Assembly: GCA_965237735.1 (NCBI GenBank)
Contig: CBDEFV010000007.1
Span: 399,305-463,304, forward strand
Direction: 5' to 3'
Length of the DNA: 64,000 nt
From: Candidatus Porifericomitales bacterium
GTDB lineage: Bacteria > Pseudomonadota > Gammaproteobacteria > CBDEFV01
Shown: piece by piece, positions 40,090 through 49,222 of the stretch
Layout: each line of letters begins with the position of its first letter
Position numbering within the stretch: the first letter of the stretch is position 1
The notes under the pieces: generated by a model
Databases searched by the model: none
What the model was told of the DNA's origin: nothing
The model's input: the letters and a program-made list of their open reading frames with translations, nothing else
Program-made: the position numbers and the translations under genes

Positions 40090-40586
40090 GGCCCCGGCTT
40101 CAGCCGCTGGACGACTGCCAACCAGAACTCCCAGGCATTGCGCAGGCTCGTCGGCGGCTTGACGAAGAGGTCCCGCTCGCAGGCCCGCTGTTGCAGCCGC
40201 TGGACGACTGCCAACCAGAACTCCCAGGCATTGCGCAGGCTCGTCGGCGGCTTGACGAAGAGGTCCCGCTCGCAGGCCCGCCGTTGCAGCCGCCGGACGA
40301 CTGCCAACCAGAACTCCCAGGCATTGCGCAGGCTCGTCGGCAGCTTGACGAAGAGGTCCCGCTCGCAGGCCCGCCGTTGCAGCCGCTGGACGACTGCCAA
40401 CCAGAACTCCCAGGCATTGCGCAGGCTCGTCGGCGGCTTGACGAAGAGGTTCCGCTCGCAGGCCCGCCGTTGCAGCCGCTGGACGACTGCCAACCAGAAC
40501 TCCCAGGCATTGCGCAGGCTCGTCGGCGGCTTGACGAAGAGGTTCCGCTCGCAGGCCCGCCGTTGCAGCCGCTGGACGACTGCCAA
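40090..40586 (-). repeat. Five extra tandem copies (93-nt period, frame-preserving) of the traH 3' end, forming an open 184-codon repeat ORF directly after the traH stop
   Basis: The unit cagccgctggacgactgccaaccagaactcccaggcattgcgcaggctcgtcggcggcttgacgaagaggtcccgctcgcaggcccgc(t/c)gttg encodes QQRACERDLFVKPPTSLRNAWEFWLAVVQRL. The native traH end is ...QQRALDQDLFVNLPTSLRNAYEF-TAG. In the copies TAG is replaced by TGG. Confidence 0.85.
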
Positions 40587-42064
40587 CTAGAATTCGTAGG
40601 CATTGCGCAGGCTCGTCGGCAGGTTGACGAAGAGGTCCTGGTCGAGGGCCCGCTGTTGCATGTCGAACTCGCGCAGCGTCCGCAGGCGTTCGTTGGCCCG
40701 GGCCTCGAGCGACTGAATGCGCTGGCCGACGGCGATGAGGTTGTCGGCCAGCGCCTGGACCGCCTTGTCGCTGAGCCAGTCGGGCTTGGAACGAATGTAC
40801 TCCTCGACCCTGGCAACGACGTTTTCGAGCCATTCGACCAGCACCCAGTTGGTCATGACGTCGCGGTAGCGGCCGATGAAGACGGACGAACTGCCGCCGT
40901 GCGCCACCGCCAGGATGGCCGTGCGCTGCAGCGGCACGGGCCAGCGGTTGACTATGCGGAAATTCTCCTCGGACGGATCCTGGCGGTTGCGGATGGCGTC
41001 CATGAGCTCGCCGATCATGTCGCTGATGCGCTCGCTCAGGGAGTCCTGGGGGCGCACGGTGACGATGCGCCGACCGATGTCGAGGCAGGTCGGCTGGCCC
41101 TCGCTGCGGTAGCGCGTATGCAGGCCGGCAAAGGCGCGGCACTGATAGACCTCGGCCGAGCCGCCGAAGCGCAGGGCGTCGAGCAGGGAGTCCTCGTTGG
41201 TGATCAGTTTGGATTCATAGAAATCGACATTCTTGCCGCTACCGGCGTCGTCATCGGCCGCGGCGGCGTCCAGGGGCGTGCCGCCGGCGTCTTCGTAGCG
41301 TTTGACGACGGTGCCGAGAATCGACATCATGATCTCCTTGAAATCGTCGTCGTCGGCGAAGAGCCCGACCTCCTCGATGGCGTTCCACGTCAGGTTGCCC
41401 TCGACGAAGGCCGTTGTCTCCTCCCCTTCGAGGGCCGAGCCGCGCCCGCTTTTGCAGGCCTCCCCGGCGTCGGCATAGGACAGGCCGAGCCGATTCGGGT
41501 GGGCCGGGTGCGGCTGCAGCTGCTTGATGCGGATGCACTCGGTCTCCATGGACGCCTCTTCCTGCTGCGGGTAGAGGGCATTGGCCAGGGCGCGCCCGGC
41601 CTGGCAGCTGTCGATCGAGATCTCGTTGAGTTTCTCGAGCCAGCCGTAGACCTTTTCCATGGTGTTGGCGATCTGCGGCGAGATCGTGCGCAGGGCGAGA
41701 TCGATGAAGAAGACCTCGGCGTTCTGCACCGTCTCCTCGAGGACCGTGATGAACTGGTCGGCTTCGATCAGGTTGAAGGAGCCGCCGTAGATGTCGATGC
41801 CGCCGCAGCCGACGGAAAAGTGGGGGGCGCGGAAGCCGGCCAGGGAGTGCGATCCCGAGGGCACCCGGTAGAGCATGGAGCCGCCGGAGGCATAGGAGCG
41901 CCCCTGGGCCCGGTAGGAAGAGGGATCGTTGAGATGGATGGCGCCGCCGCCCTGGACCCACTCGCGCATCTTCGATTCGAGATCGGCCCGGGCAGCGACA
42001 GCGACGGCCAGCAGCGGCAGGAGCGCGGCCAGCGCCCAGCCGGCCCGGCCCGGCCTAAAGCCCA
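40587..42064 (-). CDS. traH: Conjugal-transfer pilus-assembly protein TraH-like
   Basis: GTG start overlapping the upstream gene's stop. Signal peptide ALAALLPLLAVAVAARA. Sequence and position match F-type/ICE TraH. The longer track ORF (to 42734) is an out-of-frame GC artefact over the upstream gene. Confidence 0.75.
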
Positions 42065-42950
42065 CGGTCGACCTCCTGAAACAGCGGATTGGCCGGGGGC
42101 CGGCCGCCGCCGAGATCGAACAGGGGCTCTCCCGGAACCCGCACGAACAGCCGGTAGAGGCGGCGCTCGATCTCCTCCATACTGGCGACGCCGTAGAGCA
42201 CGGGCGTGGCCGCGCCCGTGCCCGCCTCGACGAGGAACACCGCCGGCACCGTGGCCACCGCCAGTTCGCGCCCCAGCTCGGGCCCGTAGTCAACATTGGA
42301 AAGTTGCGCCGGCGCCCCTCCGTCGAGCGACACCGACACCAGGACAAAACCGTGGCGCCGGGCGAAGCTGATAACGGCCGGCGCCATGACCTCGCAGTAG
42401 GGACAGGAACCGGAGACGAAGAAGTAGAGGCCGTGATTGCCGGCCAGCTTGCCGAGGCTTCGATCCATGTCCTCCCTGAGTTCGCGCTTCCAGGCCAGGG
42501 CTCCGAGGGGGCTGGTCGAGGGGCGCTTGACGGCCCGGTCGAAGCGCGGGTGCCGCCACAGGACGCGCTTGTGGTAGTCGGCGGCGAGACGGGCGCGGCC
42601 GAGCACCTCCTCCATGGTCTCGATATAGGCGAGAAGATTCTCCTCGTTCGGCTGCAGCACGGCCCGGGCCAGCGTCTCGGCCACCTGCCGCCGCACCCGC
42701 TCGAGTTCGACCGGGGCGTCGATCGCCGCTTCAAGCGGTGGATAGAGAGCGGCAGCGCTCTCTTCGACGGGCTCTGCCTCCGGCGCCGGCTCCGTCCTGT
42801 ACCAGAACCAGCCCTCCCGCTGCCGCCGGTGCCAACTGTCGCCGTCCTCAGCGACAGCAGACAGGGCCGAAGCCAAGGCGCCAGCCAGCAACAGGGACGC
42901 GACAGGGCCCGGACGCGGCCGGGCCGCCACTTCCCTCACGGGCTCTCCTC
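42055..42950 (-). CDS. Thioredoxin-fold conjugal-transfer protein (TraF/TrbB-like) with CPYC active-site motif
   Basis: GTG start with RBS GGAGGAG. Signal peptide VASLLLAGALASALSA. ...LYFFVSGSCPYCEVMAPAV... The upstream extension of the track ORF is artefactual. Confidence 0.65.
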
Positions 42951-43910
42951 CCCGGGGTCGGCGGAGCGCAGATGGGCGCGGACGCTCTCTTTCAGCGTCT
43001 GCAGATCGACCGATGGCTCCTTGATCTCGGAAAAAAAGTCGGAGAAATCGATGGCGTCCAGATCCAGGCTCTGCAACTGCCCGAGGGTGAAGCCGCCGCA
43101 GTGCGGCCGGCCGGCGCTGCCGAAGCCCAGGCCGAGCTGGCCCCGGCCGCCGCGCTGGATAATGCGGGCGATGCGCGACGGGAAGACGCAGGAAGTGTAG
43201 ACCCTGCCTCCCGTGCAGGAGCCGAAGATGGAGAATCCGCGGCACCTGCTGCCTACCGCGACGGCGCGGCCGTTGCGGTAGGCGGAGCCGAGGTCGCGCT
43301 CGCCCTGGGAGCAGGTATCGCCGACGAGTCTGTTCAACCAGCCCGTCTCGGTTCCCGAACAGCAGTTGCCGGCATTGATGAAGCTCTTGGTGCAGGAGAG
43401 CGCCCTGCCTCTGAAAATGAAGTCGTCCCCGCTCGACAGATCCTCGCAGGGCCCGCCGTCACAGAGCTCCGAGGCGGCGCCGCCGACGGCCGAGGCCTGG
43501 GATGCGACCCGATGGAAGTCGGTACTGGCGCCGCCGTCGGTGGGAACGGCGCCGAGGGCGGGCAGTTCCATGGAGCGGGTGCGGCAGTCGAGGACAGTCT
43601 CGACCGAGCGCGGACAGTCGTAGTTCCAGACGCATTCTGCCTCCTCGCACGGCTGCTCCGGCGGCCTTCTGCGACAGCCGCGCCGCTGCAGAATGCCGCA
43701 GTTGGCCTCGGGTTGGTAGACGTCTTCGAGGCAGCGGTAGCTTCTCCGCCGGCGCCAGCAGTCAAGAGTGATCGGCTGGCCGTCGATCAGGCGCCTCTCG
43801 CGCGGCTCCAGGCAGACCTCGCCGACCAGTTGACAGCGGCGGGGGGCAGCCGGCGCCTCCGCCGCCCACAAGGCCAGGGCGCCGAGGACCAGGGCCGCGG
43901 TAACGACCAT
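42936..43910 (-). CDS. Cys-rich conjugal-transfer protein, TraN-like (C-terminal part)
   Basis: Signal peptide MVVTAALVLGALALWAAEA; >25 Cys (CQLVGEVC, FINAGNCCSG...). ATG overlaps the upstream stop (ATGA-type coupling). Confidence 0.55.
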   Translation of the reverse strand: MVVTAALVLGALALWAAEAPAAPRRCQLVGEVCLEPRERRLIDGQPITLDCWRRRRSYRCLEDVYQPEANCGILQRRGCRRRPPEQPCEEAECVWNYDCPRSVETVLDCRTRSMELPALGAVPTDGGASTDFHRVASQASAVGGAASELCDGGPCEDLSSGDDFIFRGRALSCTKSFINAGNCCSGTETGWLNRLVGDTCSQGERDLGSAYRNGRAVAVGSRCRGFSIFGSCTGGRVYTSCVFPSRIARIIQRGGRGQLGLGFGSAGRPHCGGFTLGQLQSLDLDAIDFSDFFSEIKEPSVDLQTLKESVRAHLRSADPGEESP

Positions 43911-45106
43911 CAGGAATCCTCGCTGAGGCCGTCAAAGAGGGCGCAGCTCGATTCATCCCAGGATGACGAGACGGCGGGTAGCGCCCGGGGGCGATAAAAG
44001 TTGAGGGCAATAGAGGCGATGACGCGCAGCTCAAAAGTCGTCGGCTGATTTTGCCAGGAGGGCGCGGGCACCTCGACGAAGCGGGAGAAGGATGCCTGAA
44101 TGCGGCAGCGGCCGCTGTCGCCGCCGAGACCGCACTCGAGACGCGCCCCGACCCGGACGGTCTGGCAGCTCCTGGGGCCGAAGCTGGCCCGAATCGAATA
44201 CTGCGCCGTCGCACCGACTCCGAGCTGCCGCCGCTGGTAGAGCGTCAGAGAACCACAGCGCCGTCCGGCCTCGGTCGCAGCCAGATCGACAGTCAACTGA
44301 CCCTCTTCGGAAAATTCACAGGGCACCCTCAGGCCGACCCTGTCCTGAAGCCCTCCCTCGTCGTAGGAGGCGGCAGTCCAGCTGGAGGGATCAGCTTCCG
44401 GACAGCTGAGAGCGCCGTTCTGCCAGTCGAGGCGGACGGTTCTGTGAAGATCGCAGTCATAATCGCGGATCTCGGCCTGCGCCAGGCAGCTCTGCGGCTC
44501 CGGGCTCTCCTCCTGCAGAGGCAACTGCCGACAGGATTCATGTCGCAGCACTCCGTCGTCCGAGGCCCGGGCACTGGCCCGGCGCTCGACCTCCCTGAGC
44601 CGCTCCGGCCCGCCGGCCAGGGCCCGGGCGTCCCCGTCCCCCCGCTCAAGTACCCTGTTCAACTGACGCCCGGCGGCCGTCTCCTGCTGAACCCGGCGCC
44701 CCCGCGCCTGAAGCGCCCCGACATCCCCGTCGCGATAGAGCTGCTGCAGGTCGTTGACCAGGGCCGGCGAGCGCTCCGACCCGACCGCTGTCGCCCCGCT
44801 CGCCAGGCCCTGTCCCGAGCGGGCGGCCCGCGCCGCATCCAGCGACAGCGAAGCCGAGGCGCAATGGCGCTCCTCTTCGCTCAGGCCTGCAGCATCTGTC
44901 TCGGGAGGCCCTCTCCCCGCCAGGGCCGCCATGAGCTTGCGAATGTTGCGGGCGCCGCAGCGGCCGACAAAGCGGCCGCGCTCGCCGGCTTCGGCCGCGG
45001 AGGCCGGGGGCTCGCGGGCGTCCCGGTCAGCCGCCGCCACCGGCGCCGTGGAGACCGCCGCCAGCAACCCGGCCGCGGCTAGGGCCTGAGATAGGCGCGC
45101 AGCCAT
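43910..45106 (-). CDS. Cys-rich conjugal-transfer protein, TraN-like (N-terminal part or separate paralogue)
   Basis: Signal peptide LSQALAAAGLLAAVSTAPVAAA; conserved Cys pairs (CRQLPLQEESPEPQSC, DYDCDL, CPEADP). Translationally coupled to the next gene. Confidence 0.55.
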   Translation of the reverse strand: MAARLSQALAAAGLLAAVSTAPVAAADRDAREPPASAAEAGERGRFVGRCGARNIRKLMAALAGRGPPETDAAGLSEEERHCASASLSLDAARAARSGQGLASGATAVGSERSPALVNDLQQLYRDGDVGALQARGRRVQQETAAGRQLNRVLERGDGDARALAGGPERLREVERRASARASDDGVLRHESCRQLPLQEESPEPQSCLAQAEIRDYDCDLHRTVRLDWQNGALSCPEADPSSWTAASYDEGGLQDRVGLRVPCEFSEEGQLTVDLAATEAGRRCGSLTLYQRRQLGVGATAQYSIRASFGPRSCQTVRVGARLECGLGGDSGRCRIQASFSRFVEVPAPSWQNQPTTFELRVIASIALNFYRPRALPAVSSSWDESSCALFDGLSEDS

Positions 45107-46185
45107 GGCTCATGCTGGGGTTGGCCGCGAATCATGGCGCCGAGGGCGTATTCGAGGCTCAGGGCGCCGGATACCTTCAGGTGGGGCGGCGTCGCGCAAC
45201 CCTGCGGCGAGCAGGGGCTGAGCGGTTCGGTCGACCAGACGAAGGTCGGCGCCGCCTCGACGGCGAAGCGCTCAAACAGGAAGGGGTCGATCCACAGGCG
45301 GACGTCCCTGCCCAGATCGGCGTTCCATTGCAGGGTGGCGGGAAAGGAATCCCCGACCAGGCCGCGGACGGCGAGGACGGCATCGCTCTCTTTCGCCTGG
45401 CGCGCCAGCGAGCGGGCGAGGGAGCGCGGCAGGGAGGACGACAGCAGCACAAAGAGGCGGCGTCCGCCGTAGAGGCTGCCGACTGAGGCCGAGGCTGTGG
45501 CGGCCAGGGAGACTCCGGCGAAAACGGGTGGCAGGAACGCCTCGGCGGCATCGGCCCTCTGCTGCACCCGCTGGCGCTGGCGCTGGGCCCGCTGCAACAT
45601 CTGCGGTTGGAGTTGGGCCGCAGGAGGCAGCGCCGAGGCCACTGGCAAGGGCCCGTCCGCTGCTGCCGCCGGCAGCAGGGGGGGGCCGACGGCATCGGCC
45701 CTCTGCTGCACCCGCTGGCGCTGGCGCTGGGCCCGCTGCAACATCTGCGGTTGGAGTTGGGCCGCAGGAGGCAGCGCCGAAGCCACTGGCAAGGGCCCGT
45801 CCGCTGCTGCCGCCGGCGGCAGAGAGGCCCCGGCGGCATCGGCCCTCTGCTGCACCTGCTGGCGCTGGCGCCGCTGCAGCGTCTGTGGCCGGAGTTGGGC
45901 CGCAGAAGGCAGCGCCGAAGCCACTGGCAAGGGCCCGTCCGCTGCTGCCGCCGGCGGCAGAGAGGCCCCGGCGGCATCGGCCCTCTGCTGCACCTGCTGG
46001 CGCTGGCGCCGCTGCAGCGTCTGTGGCCGGAGTTGGGCCGCAGAAGGCAGCGCCGAAGCCACTGGCAAGGGCCCGTCCGCTGCTGCCGCCGGCGGGGGAA
46101 CCCCGGCGGCGGCAAGCGGCCAGACCGCGACGAGGACGGCCGCCAACCGCACCGTCAGAACAGGCAGCATGAGCGTTTTCTCCAC
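45079..46185 (-). CDS. TrbC-like conjugal-transfer pilus-assembly protein with four in-frame 42-aa tandem repeats near the N-terminus
   Basis: Signal peptide, then 4 x [LPPAAAADGPLPVASALPSAAQLRPQTLQRRQRQQVQQRADAAGAS] (126-nt period). C-terminal thioredoxin-like TrbC region ...DAVLAVRGLVGDSF..TLQ...IDPFLFERFAVEAAPTFVW. Confidence 0.65.
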   Translation of the reverse strand: MEKTLMLPVLTVRLAAVLVAVWPLAAAGVPPPAAAADGPLPVASALPSAAQLRPQTLQRRQRQQVQQRADAAGASLPPAAAADGPLPVASALPSAAQLRPQTLQRRQRQQVQQRADAAGASLPPAAAADGPLPVASALPPAAQLQPQMLQRAQRQRQRVQQRADAVGPPLLPAAAADGPLPVASALPPAAQLQPQMLQRAQRQRQRVQQRADAAEAFLPPVFAGVSLAATASASVGSLYGGRRLFVLLSSSLPRSLARSLARQAKESDAVLAVRGLVGDSFPATLQWNADLGRDVRLWIDPFLFERFAVEAAPTFVWSTEPLSPCSPQGCATPPHLKVSGALSLEYALGAMIRGQPQHEPWLRAYLRP

Positions 46186-47096
46186 ATCAGAAACCCCCAG
46201 TCCTCGCCGGCCACAGGAAACTGGCGGCCGATTCCCCAGAGCGACACCTGCTTGCCGTAGGCGTGGTTGAAGAGGGCGTCGGCAAAGGGGGCGAGCATCT
46301 GATGGCGGTAATTGCTCTTGCGCATGATCGGCTGAAAGTTGAGGCCGCAGAGATCGCCGGCGGAGTCGCGGGCGACGCCGCTGCGGTGGAGTTTGGCGTG
46401 CAGCCGCATGACGCTGAGCACCCCGGCCTCGAGTCCTGATTCATGGCCGCTGTGGTTGCCGCTGAACGGGTACAGGGATCCTTGGCAGCCGGCGCACCAG
46501 AAGAGGGCGTCGAGCGGGCGGTTGAAACTCGCGGCCAGGCAGTCGGCGGCGCAGGCTGCCTGGGCCACCGGGTTCGCCAGCAGCAGCGCCTCGGGATTGA
46601 ACAGCGCCGCCAGGGAATCGTTGTGCCAGGTCGGGTCGAGTTCTGACATGTAGGCGACATCGAAGGTTTCCGGCTCGATGCAGGCGAAGCTCGCCAGCAG
46701 GCCGAGCCAGGAAGCCAGCGGATAGACCAGCCAGTGAAGGTGGTAGCTGGCGCTCTGGTCGCGGCCCTGGCGGTGGTTGTCGCCCCCTGCGACCGAGCCG
46801 AGGGTGCCGAAATCGACGCCTCCGAGGAGCGGGCTGCAGAAGGGCTCCCGCACGACTTCGGCGGCCCGGGCCGGCTCCCAGAAGCTGATGCCGAGGCCGG
46901 GGCGCAGGCCGCAGAGACAGAACCCCTGAATCTCGAAGGGCAGCACACAGCTCCAGCAGACGTCGGTCAGGGGATTGGGGATGCGCCCGACACAGGCGGC
47001 GGCCGCCGGGCCGGAAAAAGCCGCGGCCAGGAGTCCGACAAGCGGACCCGCCGTCGCTCCCGCCAGTCGGGAGCCGAACGACCTCACAGCGGCCAC
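46155..47096 (-). CDS. traU: Conjugal-transfer pilus-assembly protein TraU
   Basis: 313 aa, 18 Cys. DVCWSCVLP, CGLRPGLG, WLVYPL, LFWCAGCQGSLYPF — characteristic TraU motifs. GTG start. Confidence 0.85.
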   Translation of the reverse strand: MAAVRSFGSRLAGATAGPLVGLLAAAFSGPAAAACVGRIPNPLTDVCWSCVLPFEIQGFCLCGLRPGLGISFWEPARAAEVVREPFCSPLLGGVDFGTLGSVAGGDNHRQGRDQSASYHLHWLVYPLASWLGLLASFACIEPETFDVAYMSELDPTWHNDSLAALFNPEALLLANPVAQAACAADCLAASFNRPLDALFWCAGCQGSLYPFSGNHSGHESGLEAGVLSVMRLHAKLHRSGVARDSAGDLCGLNFQPIMRKSNYRHQMLAPFADALFNHAYGKQVSLWGIGRQFPVAGEDWGFLMWRKRSCCLF

Positions 47097-47346
47097 TCTT
47101 CAAGCACCAGCCTCGATCCCTGCTGGCGCACGGTCGCCGGCAGGGCCTCGATGCCGAGTCTGCGCAGCGGCCCCCCGCCCTGATCGAGGCAGAGACGCCG
47201 CCGCCACTCCTTTGGACCTTACAGCGGCCACTCTTCAAGCACCAGCCTCGATTCCTGCTGGCGCACGGTCGCCGGCAGGGCCTCGATGCCGAGTCTGCGC
47301 AGCAGCTCCCCGCCCTGATCGAGGCAGAGGTGCCGCCGCCACTCCT
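47097..47346. repeat. Two extra tandem copies (~125-bp period) of the traW-3'/traU-5' junction
   Basis: (a)cagcggccactcttcaagcaccagcctcgatccctgctggcgcacggtcgccggcagggcctcgatgccgagtctgcgcagc...cactcctt repeats at ~47092 and ~47218, with the native copy at ~47343. Confidence 0.8.
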
Positions 47347-47353
47347 TGGGACC

Positions 47354-47983
47354 TCACAGCGGCCACTCTTCAAGCACCAGCCTTGATCCCTGCTGGCGCA
47401 CGGTCGCCGGCAGGGCCTCGATGCCGAGTCTGCGCAGCAGCTCCCCGCCCTGATCGAAGTAGAGGCGCCGCCGCCACTCCTTCAGCAGGCGCATGTAAGG
47501 GCCGCTCGTCAGAATCCAGGTCTCGCCCCCGCTGTCAGCGCGGCTGCGCACCCAGGAGCGCTGCCGCGGCTCATCGCCGGCAAAGAACACCAGCGTCTGC
47601 GACAGGGAGACCTGATCGAGCGGGTTGATGCGCTCGCCGGCCAACACCAGCGCCCGGCCCCTGTGATCGACGACCGTGCGTGGCGCCACATAGGTCGGGT
47701 CGTGCAGCCACCGGCGGTAGGCCGGCGCCGCCGGCAGCCTCGTCGGCGGCGGCCGCTCGACGCGGTCGCGGTATCTCCGGCGGGCGTCGCCCATGAGTTG
47801 CTTCCATCTGGGCAGCAGCGCCTCGGCCCGCTGCTCCATCCACTCGAGAAAGGAGCGCTCAGCCAAGGGCCAGACTCGGCCATAGGCGCCGAGGTCGAGG
47901 GCGGAGGCGGCCCCGGGAGCGGCGAGGCAGCCCAGAGAGAGCAGCGCCACCAGGGCCCTACCAGAGACGAAAGGCCCGCCCAT
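47354..47983 (-). CDS. traW: Conjugal-transfer pilus-assembly protein TraW-like
   Basis: 209 aa. Signal peptide ALVALLSLGCLAAPGAASA. TraW-like sequence (YGRVWPLAE...NPLDQVSL..TLVFF.GDEPRQ). Confidence 0.75.
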   Translation of the reverse strand: MGGPFVSGRALVALLSLGCLAAPGAASALDLGAYGRVWPLAERSFLEWMEQRAEALLPRWKQLMGDARRRYRDRVERPPPTRLPAAPAYRRWLHDPTYVAPRTVVDHRGRALVLAGERINPLDQVSLSQTLVFFAGDEPRQRSWVRSRADSGGETWILTSGPYMRLLKEWRRRLYFDQGGELLRRLGIEALPATVRQQGSRLVLEEWPL

Positions 47984-48485
47984 CGATCCAGTCCGCTTCG
48001 ATGACGCCTATGTAGCGGTAGCGCGAGTCGAGGCTCGAGGCATGAGGCGCCCAGCCGAACAGCTGTCCGGGCTGGAGCAGGGTCCGGCTGACGGGCTCGA
48101 GCGCACGGCCGCCGGCCGTCTGCCGCTGCAACTGCCCGACCCGGGCGCCGTCGATCCAGACAGCTCCATCGGCCGCCTCGATGAGGCTGCCGCCGCAGCC
48201 AAGGGCGATTTTCAGCATGCGCACCCCTGCGAGACGGCTCTGGCCAGGCGGCAGGGAAAAAGAAAAGAGATCGCCACAGCGTGGCTCGCTGCCGCGCACC
48301 ACGAGGAACCAGGTTCCGGGAAGGCTGTCGGATACATTGCGCAGCAGCAGGTAGCGCGAGGCCAGGGCCGGCGCCCCCAGAGCGATGGCGGCGGCCAGGG
48401 CCGCAGCCGCCAGGCGGCCCCGGGGCAGGGTCTGCAGTCGGCGGCGCAGAACAGGGGCCGGGAAGCGCCGAAACAGCGGTCTCAT
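47958..48485 (-). CDS. TraF-type conjugative signal peptidase-like protein (S26 family)
   Basis: ~175 aa. N-terminal TM (LAAAALAAAIALGAPALA); VSDSLPGTWFLV resembles the S26 Ser box. Start overlaps the upstream stop (ATGA). Confidence 0.5.
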   Translation of the reverse strand: MRPLFRRFPAPVLRRRLQTLPRGRLAAAALAAAIALGAPALASRYLLLRNVSDSLPGTWFLVVRGSEPRCGDLFSFSLPPGQSRLAGVRMLKIALGCGGSLIEAADGAVWIDGARVGQLQRQTAGGRALEPVSRTLLQPGQLFGWAPHASSLDSRYRYIGVIEADWIDGRAFRLW

Positions 48486-48886
48486 CACCAGGCCCCCTCT
48501 TCCGACAACAGCCGCATGACCTCGGCGCTGATGTCCTCGGCGCCGTAGATGACGGCGCCGGCAGTGAAGACTCTGAGGCCGCGCTCCTCGGCCAGGCGGC
48601 GGATGATGCCCTCCAGGGCCCGGCCGAGGTTGGCGCTGCGCGCCTTCAACTCGGCGGCGCCGAGCTCCTCCGCGGTCCACTTCTCCTTCGCCTTGTGCAG
48701 GATCATGCGCACATCGGCAACTGCCGGCTGCGCCGGTCGCTGCTGCAGGGAGAGCGCCAGCAGCAGGGCCAGGGTCGCCGCCGTCGAACAGAGCGACAGC
48801 GGCAGCAGCACGGGGACGCGGCCGCCCGGGCGCGCCGGGCGGCAACCGGACCACAGGGAGCCGCTGTTCAGAAGTCGCCGCTTCAT
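48485..48886 (-). CDS. Small exported ICE-type T4SS protein of unknown function
   Basis: MKRRLLNSGSLWSGCRPARPGGRVPVLLPLSLCSTAA... (signal/lipoprotein-like). Its start is copied three times in tandem. Confidence 0.45.
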   Translation of the reverse strand: MKRRLLNSGSLWSGCRPARPGGRVPVLLPLSLCSTAATLALLLALSLQQRPAQPAVADVRMILHKAKEKWTAEELGAAELKARSANLGRALEGIIRRLAEERGLRVFTAGAVIYGAEDISAEVMRLLSEEGAW

Positions 48887-49222
48887 GTCCGCTCCCGCGC
48901 CAGCCGCTCCTGAGCTACAGCCTGATCCAGAGCTTTGGCCAGGGCCGCCGCCGTCGAACAGAGCGACAGCGGCAGCAGTACGGGGACGCGGCCGCCCGGG
49001 CGCGCCGGGCGGCAACCGGACCACAGGGAACCGCTGTTCAGAAGCCGCCGCTTCATGTCTGCTCCCGCGCCAGCCGCTCCTGAGCTACAGCCTGATCCAG
49101 AGCTTTGGCCAGGGCCGCCGCCGTCGAACAGAGCGACAGCGGCAGCAGCACGGGGACGCGGCCGCCCGGGCGCGCCGGGCGGCAACCGGACCACAGGGAG
49201 CCGCTGTTCAGAAGCCGCCGCT
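48887..49222. repeat. Two extra tandem copies (170-bp period) of the traC-stop/next-gene-start ATGA junction
   Basis: The unit gtc(c/t)gctcccgcgccagccgctcctgagctacagcctgatccagagctttggccagggccgccgccgtcgaacagagcgacagcggcagcag(c/t)acggggacgcggccgcccgggcgcgccgggcggcaaccggaccacaggga(g/a)ccgctgttcagaag(t/c)cgccgcttcatg occurs with start codons at 48886, 49056 and 49226. Confidence 0.85.
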
